From positions 30,568 to 94,567 of IMG/VR virus record IMGVR_UViG_3300033066_001351: DNA of 64,000 nucleotides, one strand, 5' to 3'. Below, one piece after another: positions 20,194-29,186 of the stretch; position 1 is the stretch's first letter; each line of letters starts with the position of its first letter. Under the pieces are notes generated by a model. The model was not told the origin of the DNA, did no database searches, and saw only the letters and a list, made by a program, of their open reading frames with translations. The DNA comes from a virus (lineage: Duplodnaviria; Caudoviricetes). A program made the translations under genes and the position numbers.

Positions 20194-23100
20194 TGGCTGC
20201 GGACCCATGGGCTGTCGTAAAGACCGAACCGGCGGCGGATGATCCGTGGGCAGTCGTCAAGACTGAACCGGTTCAAGCGGCGCCTAGCGCACCACAACGG
20301 CGTCAGCCTTTCATGCTGCCGAGCGCGGCGCCACAAGAGGCGGCTACGGACGAATTGCCTGTGCCACCTGTTCCCCCCGAACAGGTCCCGACTGCTGTCG
20401 AAGAACAACTTCCGACGCCGCCTGTACCGCCCTATTCCGAACAGGGAACCTACACGGAGCCGACGCCGGGGCAAGACCTTGGCTGGCCGCAACCGCCCTC
20501 AAACGAAGCGGTTCAACAACCGTACAACCCGTCTCCCGGCGTCCGCATGGTGGAAGGTATCCGCCGCGGCGTGACCGAAGGCGGTCCGCTCGGCATGTCC
20601 GAAGATACATTGCTTGGCAGCGGCGCCGCACGACAGTTCGGCGAGACGGTGTTTGACCATCCCACCGGCAACGCGTTTCTGGATCCACTACTGTCTGGCA
20701 CCAATAGGGCGCTCGCCCAAACCCCGGCGATGGCGTTGGACCTTCTTAGTCGCCCTGTCATGGGTGCTATTCGAGGCGGCGCAGGTTTGGTCGGCGGCCT
20801 GCTTGGCGGTAATGACAAAACGTCATCCGATATGGCCGAACGTGACCTGAATGTTATCGGCGACATAACAGCGCTTCTCGGCAGCACGACGCCGTCTATG
20901 GCGGGTCCAAAGGTGTCTGGCGCCGTCACCGACAAAGCATTCAAGAACGCAGGCAACACCATCAAGTGGCTTGGCGGCGCTGATCCGGAAGATTTGGCGA
21001 TTGTCCGCAGCCTGGTGGACAAGGGTGTGAACGTGTCTCCCGCCTTCGCGCCGGAACTTCCCATTCTTCGTCGCTACGTTGATCTTGCCCGTGCTCTCGG
21101 CACCGATCCTACGGCGAAGTCCGCGACGGCGTATGCTACGACCGAAGCTACAAACATACTGACGCGGCTGGGGAAGACGCCCGACGAAGCGCGGCGTATC
21201 ATCAACGACCTGAAGACGTCCAACCGTCCCACCATGGAGCAGTCAGAGGCCGCGCTACAAGGTGCCGCCGAAGACATTCAGTCAGGAATTGATACGCGCA
21301 CTAACGCCGCGCGGGTGATGGAGAATGACGCCCGTCAAAACGAAATCGCAGGTGTTAGGGCTGAAGGAAAGAACGCAACCAACCTCAAACTTGAAGGTCT
21401 GGATGCGAGTCGTCGTACGCTTGAAGCCGAACGGGACGCAGCGCTTGCCAAGGTCAATAAAACCATTGACGACAGTTGGCAGCAATTTGACGAGATGCGC
21501 GACAAGGCGACGCCGGGGAATCTTGGAAAGGACGTTCCGGACGCTCTGCAAGCGATTCGTCGCAACATGTCGGGCCAGTTCTCCGAGGCGTATGACGCTG
21601 TTCTGAAGCCCGTCGCCGATATCAAAGGCGACACGACTATCGCCAACGCGACGATCGCCGATTTCTTGAAGGACATGCCCGAATCCTTTCAGGCAAGTCA
21701 GCCTCAACTCATCCGCGCCGTCACACAGATGGCCGAGGACGGCACGGCGACATTGCCTGAATTGCAGTGGCTACGCACGCAACTACGCGGCGCCGCGGGC
21801 GATCAGACACTCAGCCCGAACCTTAAGACGGGGCCGTTCAAACTTTTCCAAAATGTCGTAGACGACATGATCAACAACCCTGACGCGCCGACGGCGTGGC
21901 GTCAGGCTGCCGAAGATTTGCGCGGCGTTGATAAAGAATACGGCGAGCAAATGGCTATTTGGAAGAACCGCGCGGGCAACGCCATGGTGCGCGATATGCG
22001 CGACGGTGTGGCGCCTGATCCGGCAGCCATTGTCGAGACGCTGAACGAAAAGAACCAGACACAGCAGCGGCGCAAACTTCTCAACCTACTACCACCGGAG
22101 ATAAAGGAGCGCGCCACTACGGCGACGCTTGATAAACTGGTACGTGACTCGGTATCGACGGAGACCTACGGCTCCGGTGTCACCGGCCCCGCCATGGTGA
22201 ACCCAAAGACGTTCCACGAGAACGTCGTGCAGATGCACGCCGACGGCGTTTTGCAGGACTACCTCGGTAAGAAACAGGCCGATCAGGTCCTTGGCTTGGC
22301 TCGGCAACTTGCCCAGCGCAACGGTGATATTCCACTCAACAACACGTCTCCTACCGATTTTGTGCGAGCGCTACAGCACGCCCGTGAAGCCGATGCGCTG
22401 ATTGAAAAGACGGTAAAGGTGGATCCGGCCAAGATCATGGCGGAAGAAGCCGCCAAGGTCGATGAGCGTATCAAGGAAATCAACAAGCGCCCGTCGGCGG
22501 TGCAAGAGGAAGCCAATCCCCTTGACTTCCTCCGTCAGTCGCGCGGTGCTACCGCGGCGGCGGAACACCTTCTGCAGCCTGACAACGTCAAGCAACTGCA
22601 GACCGTCATAAAGACGCTCGGTAATGACTCGATGCCGGTTCAGTTGCTTCGTGAAGAAGCAGCACAAATGCTGCTAAAACCATTTCTGGAAGTCGATCTG
22701 AAAACGAAGCGGATCAACCCAGAAGCGGCGGCAGCCGGGTTCAAGAAGTTGTCGGATACGACACAAGAATTGCTGTTCCCGAACTTGGAACCCAATGCAT
22801 TGAACACGCTTGCGCGTGAGATGCGCTTGATTCTCGGCACATCCGGCAACACGATGCCGGCGTTTGCCGCCAATACGATTTTGGGTCAGTCTGCGTTCAA
22901 GATGCCTACACACGGTCAGAGCAAACTTAACCCATTCAACTACGGACGCATCGCTACGCAATACGGCTACGGCGCGCTGGCTAAGATCGTCACAAGTCCA
23001 CGCTTTGTCCGTGTTCTGACGGGTGAGTTGTCATCGAACCGGGATGTCTTTGTCGCCATGAAAAAGGCGATAGACAAGACCATAGATCGATCTGTCGATA

Positions 23101-24428
23101 CAATGCGTATGGTGGGTGCCCCTCTCGCGGCGTCGAATAACCTGCAACAGCCCGCACAGGAAGAAGGCGCTGGCGCCTACAAGGACATCACGAACGAGTC
23201 GCTGGGCATCCCGGCCTTCCGCGAATACGCCTCCGGCGGTCTCGTGGAAGCCTCGCTGCCGATAACGCCCGAACCGCAGCAGGACATGGACGCCCAAGGG
23301 CAAGCCATGGCAAGCCCCGATGCGGCCAAGGACGCCGTGTTCGTGTCCCGCGGGTCCCCGTATCCACAGAATATACCGGATAACGCCATTGTCGTGAAGC
23401 GTCCCGAAGGCGACCTTATCACGACCAATATGGAGAAGGCCCAAGCGTTCCGGAACGCGGCGCAATTGACCGACAAGGACATGGCCGCGATATTGTCGTA
23501 TCCAGAAGCCAAGTCTGACGTCTCTGACCCGGTTGTAGCACAAGGTGTTACACCTGACGGTGGCGTGTCGGTGGAGATGTTGGCTTCTCGCGGCAACGAG
23601 GGTTCCGCCGTCGATGCAATAGGTCAGCAGGATCCCCGTGCTTCCGTGCGTATTGTGACGCCGGATGATGCGCAGGCTCGTCGTGGTTTTGCCAAGGGCG
23701 GCCAGGCGGTCCCCTCGGACTTGATGGCCCATTTCCAAGCAGCCAGCGATGAGACCGGCGTCCCACTCAATTATCTTCTCGGGACGGCGCAACAGGAATC
23801 AGGGTTCAATCCGCAAGCCGTCTCCCCGACCGGTGCTCGCGGCGTCATGCAGGTTCTACCATCCACCGCGGCCCGACCGGGCTACGGCATGGAAGGCATG
23901 AACCCGGATGACCTGTTTGACCCCGGCAAGAACATTCGGTTCGGGGCGCGCTATCTTCTGGCTCGTGCTCGTGCCAATACCGGCGGCAATGTGGATTGGA
24001 ACAACCCGCAGCACGTCGCCGCGGCGCTGCGTAGTTACAACGGCCCTGTTGGCGCCGGGGGTGATCCCAACTATGTCAACGCGGTGATGCGCAATGCTGG
24101 CGCTCCTGGTGCCCCCTCCAGTGGTGGTGGTGGCGGCGGTATGCCGTCAGACGCTGCACCGGCGCCGATGGAAGTGGTGGACAATACGCCGCCAATGCAA
24201 CTGGACGAAGACGGTATGCCCGTTGTCCCCGACGCACCAGACGCGCCGGACGCCGGTGCAGGAGACCCGCAGCAACTCCTTGGCGTCGTTCAAGCACTTG
24301 TGATGTCGGGCAACGCGAAGGAAGCAATTGCGCTACTTGTGAATTACGGCATAGACATGCGCGAAGCAGCGCGTATAGTGTGGTCGATCAATCGCAGCGC
24401 ACAAGCACCGCAGCAATCTGCGGCGTGA
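20193..24428 (+). CDS. Large internal virion protein with lytic transglycosylase (SLT) domain
   Basis: AQQESGFNPQAVSPTGARGVMQVLPSTA...NIRFGARYL...ALRSYNG corresponds to SLT motifs I-III at ~23720-24095. Confidence 0.85.
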   Translation: MAADPWAVVKTEPAADDPWAVVKTEPVQAAPSAPQRRQPFMLPSAAPQEAATDELPVPPVPPEQVPTAVEEQLPTPPVPPYSEQGTYTEPTPGQDLGWPQPPSNEAVQQPYNPSPGVRMVEGIRRGVTEGGPLGMSEDTLLGSGAARQFGETVFDHPTGNAFLDPLLSGTNRALAQTPAMALDLLSRPVMGAIRGGAGLVGGLLGGNDKTSSDMAERDLNVIGDITALLGSTTPSMAGPKVSGAVTDKAFKNAGNTIKWLGGADPEDLAIVRSLVDKGVNVSPAFAPELPILRRYVDLARALGTDPTAKSATAYATTEATNILTRLGKTPDEARRIINDLKTSNRPTMEQSEAALQGAAEDIQSGIDTRTNAARVMENDARQNEIAGVRAEGKNATNLKLEGLDASRRTLEAERDAALAKVNKTIDDSWQQFDEMRDKATPGNLGKDVPDALQAIRRNMSGQFSEAYDAVLKPVADIKGDTTIANATIADFLKDMPESFQASQPQLIRAVTQMAEDGTATLPELQWLRTQLRGAAGDQTLSPNLKTGPFKLFQNVVDDMINNPDAPTAWRQAAEDLRGVDKEYGEQMAIWKNRAGNAMVRDMRDGVAPDPAAIVETLNEKNQTQQRRKLLNLLPPEIKERATTATLDKLVRDSVSTETYGSGVTGPAMVNPKTFHENVVQMHADGVLQDYLGKKQADQVLGLARQLAQRNGDIPLNNTSPTDFVRALQHAREADALIEKTVKVDPAKIMAEEAAKVDERIKEINKRPSAVQEEANPLDFLRQSRGATAAAEHLLQPDNVKQLQTVIKTLGNDSMPVQLLREEAAQMLLKPFLEVDLKTKRINPEAAAAGFKKLSDTTQELLFPNLEPNALNTLAREMRLILGTSGNTMPAFAANTILGQSAFKMPTHGQSKLNPFNYGRIATQYGYGALAKIVTSPRFVRVLTGELSSNRDVFVAMKKAIDKTIDRSVDTMRMVGAPLAASNNLQQPAQEEGAGAYKDITNESLGIPAFREYASGGLVEASLPITPEPQQDMDAQGQAMASPDAAKDAVFVSRGSPYPQNIPDNAIVVKRPEGDLITTNMEKAQAFRNAAQLTDKDMAAILSYPEAKSDVSDPVVAQGVTPDGGVSVEMLASRGNEGSAVDAIGQQDPRASVRIVTPDDAQARRGFAKGGQAVPSDLMAHFQAASDETGVPLNYLLGTAQQESGFNPQAVSPTGARGVMQVLPSTAARPGYGMEGMNPDDLFDPGKNIRFGARYLLARARANTGGNVDWNNPQHVAAALRSYNGPVGAGGDPNYVNAVMRNAGAPGAPSSGGGGGGMPSDAAPAPMEVVDNTPPMQLDEDGMPVVPDAPDAPDAGAGDPQQLLGVVQALVMSGNAKEAIALLVNYGIDMREAARIVWSINRSAQAPQQSAA

Positions 24429-24561
24429 TATGTAAGGATTGATTGCAAAACATGTCTGAGGCTAGTTGACACATGGTCCACAATCTATACTATGCCCCGA
24501 AGAAGCGCGCGCTCTCAAAAATCGTGAAAACATCGTTTATTTGGCCGTTTGGAGACGAGAA

Positions 24562-24894
24562 ATGAGCGCGTCTTTGGCACGTAAGAGTGAGCCAGATCAC
24601 AGGTTCACTCCATTGACTAAGGAAGGCGCTGAAGTAGTGGAACGTCAACTTGGCGAATTGATAGCCACCGTTAAAGCGCTGGGCGACCGTCTGGAGCGGA
24701 TTGACACCGCTACAGGACATCGTCTCACAGAAATAGAAAATTCCATGGAGAAGATACAACTTCTCATTGCTGAGACACATGGTATGACGAAGGTCCTACG
24801 ATGGGTCACCGGGATCGTGACCAGTTTGTTCCTGTCCGGCGTTGCAACTTTGTGGTGGGCCGCCGACAAGTGGCAGTGGTTCACAAGGAAATAA
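24562..24894 (+). CDS. Coiled-coil protein with C-terminal transmembrane helix (holin/XhlA-like)
   Basis: GGAGA RBS before the ATG at 24562; C-terminal hydrophobic segment WVTGIVTSLFLSGVATLWW. Confidence 0.5.
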   Translation: MSASLARKSEPDHRFTPLTKEGAEVVERQLGELIATVKALGDRLERIDTATGHRLTEIENSMEKIQLLIAETHGMTKVLRWVTGIVTSLFLSGVATLWWAADKWQWFTRK

Positions 24895-24964
24895 CGCTCT
24901 AAACGCTTTACTTTTGCTACGGAAAGTGTCAAGTGGGTTGTATTGACAACCTACGGTAAAAAAC

Positions 24965-25993
24965 ATGTCCGTACCACGCATAACGCCGGCTCAAGCCAAG
25001 GAAGCCTATGATATCTGGCTTCAGAACGGTAAGAACACGACGGTCTCTGCACGACAGATCGGACTAAGCCGACACGCTTTTGATAACCGCCGGTTTCAGG
25101 ATCCCAGGGCGTCCATGAAACCCGCCGATACAGGCTACACCAGTCCCTACATCCCCGATCCCGAAGAACCGCTGGAAGACACCGTACAGCGCATCATCGC
25201 CGAACGGCGACGCCATAAGACGCACCAGGCGGCGCTGGATTGGATGAAGTTCGAGGTGACGGAGAGCAAGCCGTTCGCGCTCGTATTCGTCGGTGATCCG
25301 CACATTGATACGTGCGACATGGACGTCCTGACCCGCGATCTCACGATCATCAATGAAACAGATCGTATGTGGGCCGTTGGTCTCGGCGACTGGTGCAACG
25401 GCTGGGTCCGACGCCTGCGGGATCAGTATGCCTTGCAGACTACGACGAAGAAGCAAGCCTACCGTCTCGTTCAATGGATGCTGAATATGCCGATCTGGTG
25501 GCTCATCATCCTCGGCAACCACAACGGGCAGCGGTGGCACGGTAGTGGATCGCCGTTGCAGTGGATGTCAAATACCGCCGCCGTGCAAGAACCGCAGCAG
25601 TGGCAGGCTAAATTCGCTGTGGCCTGCGGCGACAAGACGTGGAAGATTTGGGCGGCTCACGACTTCCCAGGTCACTCACAGTATGCGGAAGATTTCGCAC
25701 CCAATAAGCGTGCTATCCTGCACGGAGCCGCCGCTGACCTATACATCGCGGGGGACCATCACACGTACACGCTCCGTCATACGCAGCACTCTGTCACCGG
25801 ACGCATGTATTGGTCTTCGCGGGCGCGGGGCTACAAGCCTTTGGACCATTATGCGGAGGAACTGGGCTACCTAGAACAGTTCTACGGCAACTCTATCGTC
25901 GCCGTGTGCGATCCGCGGGACGGCACGATGCAGTGCTTCGGCGACGTGGACAAGGGGCGCCAGTATCTGGAGTTCCTGTTGGCTACGGCTTAA
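24965..25993 (+). CDS. Calcineurin-like metallophosphoesterase with N-terminal HTH-like segment
   Basis: GDPH, GLGD, LGNH, AHD and GDHH motifs in canonical order. Confidence 0.85.
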   Translation: MSVPRITPAQAKEAYDIWLQNGKNTTVSARQIGLSRHAFDNRRFQDPRASMKPADTGYTSPYIPDPEEPLEDTVQRIIAERRRHKTHQAALDWMKFEVTESKPFALVFVGDPHIDTCDMDVLTRDLTIINETDRMWAVGLGDWCNGWVRRLRDQYALQTTTKKQAYRLVQWMLNMPIWWLIILGNHNGQRWHGSGSPLQWMSNTAAVQEPQQWQAKFAVACGDKTWKIWAAHDFPGHSQYAEDFAPNKRAILHGAAADLYIAGDHHTYTLRHTQHSVTGRMYWSSRARGYKPLDHYAEELGYLEQFYGNSIVAVCDPRDGTMQCFGDVDKGRQYLEFLLATA

Positions 25994-26220
25994 CGGTTCC
26001 GGTTCTTCCACAACAGCGACAGCGGCCACCACTGTCGCCCGTCCTTATTGAAGTCCCACACGTTGCTGACTTCGCGAAGCACCGGCATCACTTCGTTCTC
26101 ATGATGCAGTGCTTCGCGAATAGCAGCCCGTAATTTGCGGTTAGCGAGCCGCTTATCGCGCTTCTCGCTACGCGCCAAGGTCCAACCGACGATAGGGGTG
26201 TGTCGGTGTGACCGGCTCAT
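25990..26220 (-). CDS. Small basic hypothetical protein
   Basis: MSRSHRHTPIVG...SEKRDKRLANRK; last gene of the leftward unit. Confidence 0.55.
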   Translation of the reverse strand: MSRSHRHTPIVGWTLARSEKRDKRLANRKLRAAIREALHHENEVMPVLREVSNVWDFNKDGRQWWPLSLLWKNRNR

Positions 26221-26221
26221 T

Positions 26222-26509
26222 TTACGGGTAGTAGCGAGACATGTAGGCCCGTCCCTCATCAGTCAATTCCGCCGTAAGGAGACGACGGTCTCGATTGCGG
26301 CGAAGCCGCTTGATCATCGGCGGAATAATCTCAAATTCCAGACGCCTCGCTGCCGCGGATGTGACAGGAAACGAACTGTTGAGTGACACCGCGATGGCGG
26401 ACATTGTAGCAGGTCCATTCCACAATTTCATCAGGACCCCTAGCTGCCGAACGGTCAGAGGGATTTCGTCCTTCAGGGCAATCTCGACACCCTCCTCAAA
26501 CGACACCAT
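26222..26509 (-). CDS. MarR-like winged-helix protein
   Basis: LTVRQLGVL...TMSAIAVSL...VTSAAARRL...RNRDRR...LTDEG. Confidence 0.7.
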   Translation of the reverse strand: MVSFEEGVEIALKDEIPLTVRQLGVLMKLWNGPATMSAIAVSLNSSFPVTSAAARRLEFEIIPPMIKRLRRNRDRRLLTAELTDEGRAYMSRYYP

Positions 26510-26511
26510 GG

Positions 26512-26763
26512 TTAGGTGGACCGCCCGTTCCGCATCGTCTTGACGACCGGCGCCGTTTCAAGGGTAGCCCACCCATCGCCGTTCAGGGCCGACAGAATGG
26601 CTTCCATATTGGCCTTGGGGGTTTCATGCACGCGGATGATGGCATCGCCATTGCCGCCCTTGGACGGCGCCGTGAGATCGCGGGCGATGGACGTAGCGAC
26701 GGTGAGCGACGACACGAACTTCGGCTTCTCGCCGTAGGACTGAACGCTGTAGACTGTCGGCAT
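26512..26763 (-). CDS. Hypothetical protein
   Basis: GGAG RBS; TTGACA promoter at 26843-26838 upstream. Confidence 0.6.
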   Translation of the reverse strand: MPTVYSVQSYGEKPKFVSSLTVATSIARDLTAPSKGGNGDAIIRVHETPKANMEAILSALNGDGWATLETAPVVKTMRNGRST

Positions 26764-26852
26764 ATTGATTGCTCCATGGATACGCGGTCAACCCAACAAG
26801 GTTGCCGGACGCATGTTTAGCCATAGTGGACGATGAGTGTCAAGGGGTATTG

Positions 26853-28040
26853 TCAGCCAAACCTGGCTGAAATATCACACGACACGGCGATAGGCAGGCC
26901 CGCGGTCCAAGAGGGTTGCGACAACATGGCCTTTTCAAAGGTAGGAAGCAGTTTCTCGGCTTGGGACTTGGGGACTTCTGCTGTCACGGAGTCGTGAACG
27001 TGAAGGACTACTGGAATACCGGCGTCCTCCATGTTGCAAAGGGCCGTAGCGAGCATGTCGGCGGCGATTGCTTGGATTACATTTTCGTAATTTAATCCCC
27101 GCCAGGTTGTTCTCCTGAATATAGCTCTACCCTTGATTGCAATGGTTGTCAAGTCTAATTGATTTTTTGGACGCCCGTCGCTCCAGTAACCTTGCTCTAG
27201 CCGCGGTGCCCAGTAGCGTAGCAGCCTTCCGGAAGGAAGTCGGCAACACAGGACGTTTCCATCCAAACACCACGACACAAGATTTAACGGCTCCACGTAA
27301 AAAGTAGACCCTGGATAGGCCACGGCGTCGATAGCCGCTTGCATATTGTAATCCCAACATGCTACAAGGTATGTGTTGTCCTCGCGATAACTTTTCACTA
27401 CGACTGCCGCATCTTCAAGAGATATGCGCAAACCGTAGTTCATCGCAGCCGGAACAAAAGCATTCACGCCCCCAGCGAACGACAAAAAAAGCGTTTGGAC
27501 CTTTCCGATCTGGCGCTGAGTTTTTGTAAGTTCTTCCGGTAGTTTTCCATAGTATTTAGCCGCCTGAACGCGGTAAATATCTTCGTTTCTTTTGAACACT
27601 TCTATCTTATCTGTTTGGTTTGCTAACCAGACACTTGCGCGAGATTCGACGGAACTGTAATCTCCATTAAGTAATACTGATCCTTCCGGCGCCGTTAGTG
27701 TACGGCGCAGCATGCGGCCCGTGAAGGGAAGCACTCCCTCCACGATTACGCGATCTTGTGCGTCTCGCCGTGTCATGGTGAAAAGCATTTCAGCCATATC
27801 ACGGTCGCCGGAACGACCAACCTGTATAGCCGTATTCAAGGCCAAGTCCTCGGCGGCCTTGAACCGTTCGGGTTCCTTCTTCGGACTGATGCCGGTAAGC
27901 AGTTCAACCTCGTCGGGGTTGGCGACGGCATCTCTCACAAAATTGTGAGGCTGCCACGCGGCGCCGGAATTGCTCACAATTTTGCCGTTTGCCATAAACC
28001 GATTGCGCGGCCCGGCATTCAGTATGTCATACGTTCTCAC
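26853..28040 (-). CDS. polA: DNA polymerase family A, C-terminal fragment preceded by the split-intein C part
   Basis: Motif A DYSSVESR, motif B RQIGKVQTL, motif C HVHDS. The N-terminus (V/M)RTYDILNAGPRNRFMANGKIVSN|S is an intein C block. The start is inferred at GTG 28040. Confidence 0.88.
   Translation of the reverse strand: MRTYDILNAGPRNRFMANGKIVSNSGAAWQPHNFVRDAVANPDEVELLTGISPKKEPERFKAAEDLALNTAIQVGRSGDRDMAEMLFTMTRRDAQDRVIVEGVLPFTGRMLRRTLTAPEGSVLLNGDYSSVESRASVWLANQTDKIEVFKRNEDIYRVQAAKYYGKLPEELTKTQRQIGKVQTLFLSFAGGVNAFVPAAMNYGLRISLEDAAVVVKSYREDNTYLVACWDYNMQAAIDAVAYPGSTFYVEPLNLVSWCLDGNVLCCRLPSGRLLRYWAPRLEQGYWSDGRPKNQLDLTTIAIKGRAIFRRTTWRGLNYENVIQAIAADMLATALCNMEDAGIPVVLHVHDSVTAEVPKSQAEKLLPTFEKAMLSQPSWTAGLPIAVSCDISARFG
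27969..28040 (-). mobile_element. Split intein C-fragment (IntC, ~24 aa)
   Basis: Block F/G: TYDILNAGPRNRFMANGKIVSN, followed by Ser+1 (27968-27966). Confidence 0.88.
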
Positions 28041-28917
28041 CGTCTTTAACGTTGGAATACTTTTTCCGGAGCCAGTCGCCTTTGGCGGCGCGGCGCTCAG
28101 GTGTCCAGTAGTTTTTGCGTCCTTCGGCAATGTTAGCGCTCCATTTTTCTTTATCAACGTTTTCTCGGGCTTTTTTGAGTTGTTCTGCAGCACGTTGTTT
28201 TTGCTCCTCTGTCCTATTAGCAAATTTTAACTTCAACGCTTTAGATATGTTTTCTTTTACTATTCTTTTTTCTTCTTCTGTACGGTTTTTCCACTGGTTT
28301 AGTGCTTTTTCTTTATGTAAAATAGTTGTTTTTTCTTTATCCGTTCTTTTGATGGCTTTTTCGTTTTTCTCTCTGTTAGCGATTATTTTAGCGGCTCTTT
28401 CAGGCTGGGCCATCAAATTGGCTAGGCGTGTTTGAGACGATTTCAGCGCCTGCGCCTTTACCTTTTCCGGGTTCTCTTGACGCCATTTTTCCGCGGCGGC
28501 CAACAATACGTCTATACGTAACATGTGACGACCGTTTTTGCACGCCAGACTGAGTTTAGCCTTAAACTCATCCAAGGCTACAGGATCTTGTTTTATTTTC
28601 GTCCAAAAATGTAATCCCGGACTATCTTTTTTATTATCCCCTGATAGTATGTTATATCCTTTCTCTGGATTATTGGAACCATGCTCCACTATATACAGGT
28701 GTTCTCTAAGATGTGCTTCTTCTTTTGATAGTCCTTCTTCTAGGATTTCTATAGAAAACGCTTGCCGCCCGTGCTCTGCTATCGCCTTAGACAAAGGCCG
28801 CTCCAACGAACGCGTATGTGCTCCCCATCGTTCATTCATTTTCATACTCGTCATGCCGACGTATATTTTTCCTTCGGGTCCGGTTATCCGGTATATTTTG
28901 TAACTTTTGGGGGACAT
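28027..28917 (-). CDS. Free-standing GIY-YIG homing endonuclease between the polA halves
   Basis: KIYRITGPEGKIYVGMT...ERWGAH...E...GYN; GAAGG RBS; AT-rich DNA; overlaps both polA fragments. Confidence 0.9.
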   Translation of the reverse strand: MSPKSYKIYRITGPEGKIYVGMTSMKMNERWGAHTRSLERPLSKAIAEHGRQAFSIEILEEGLSKEEAHLREHLYIVEHGSNNPEKGYNILSGDNKKDSPGLHFWTKIKQDPVALDEFKAKLSLACKNGRHMLRIDVLLAAAEKWRQENPEKVKAQALKSSQTRLANLMAQPERAAKIIANREKNEKAIKRTDKEKTTILHKEKALNQWKNRTEEEKRIVKENISKALKLKFANRTEEQKQRAAEQLKKARENVDKEKWSANIAEGRKNYWTPERRAAKGDWLRKKYSNVKDGENV

Positions 28918-29186
28918 GTGGAACCTTCATAAAGGGGTAAAGATTTCTCAGCCGCTTCACTCAGCGGCATTTTTACAACCTCAGAAATATAGACTTTATG
29001 AGTTTGCGTTGCAACTACCCCGTCGTATTCCATGACATCTTTTTCGCCGCTATATACAACTCCGTCGTGGCTGACCCACTCCACGCCATCCCACACCAGG
29101 TCATCCGCGGATACGTGTTCTATGCGCCGCTCTTCAACGACGCCTGTTGGCGTTTTAATAAGAATGAGAGACCCTTCCGCCAGACA
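28884..29186 (-). mobile_element. Split intein N-fragment (IntN, 100 aa)
   Basis: Block A CLAEGSLILI, then DLVWDGVEWVSHDG, block B ATQTHKVY (TxxH), then a stop codon. Confidence 0.9.

Noticed and set aside
28041-28223. TTG start giving a 456-aa polA C-fragment
   Set aside because: The first ~60 residues are an off-frame reading of the endonuclease tail with no intein or polymerase features. GTG 28040 next to the endonuclease stop is more plausible, though its RBS is weak.
28027-28917. Group I intron carrying the endonuclease
   Set aside because: There is no non-coding space for an intron core, since the endonuclease overlaps both flanking ORFs, and the intein motifs already explain the split.
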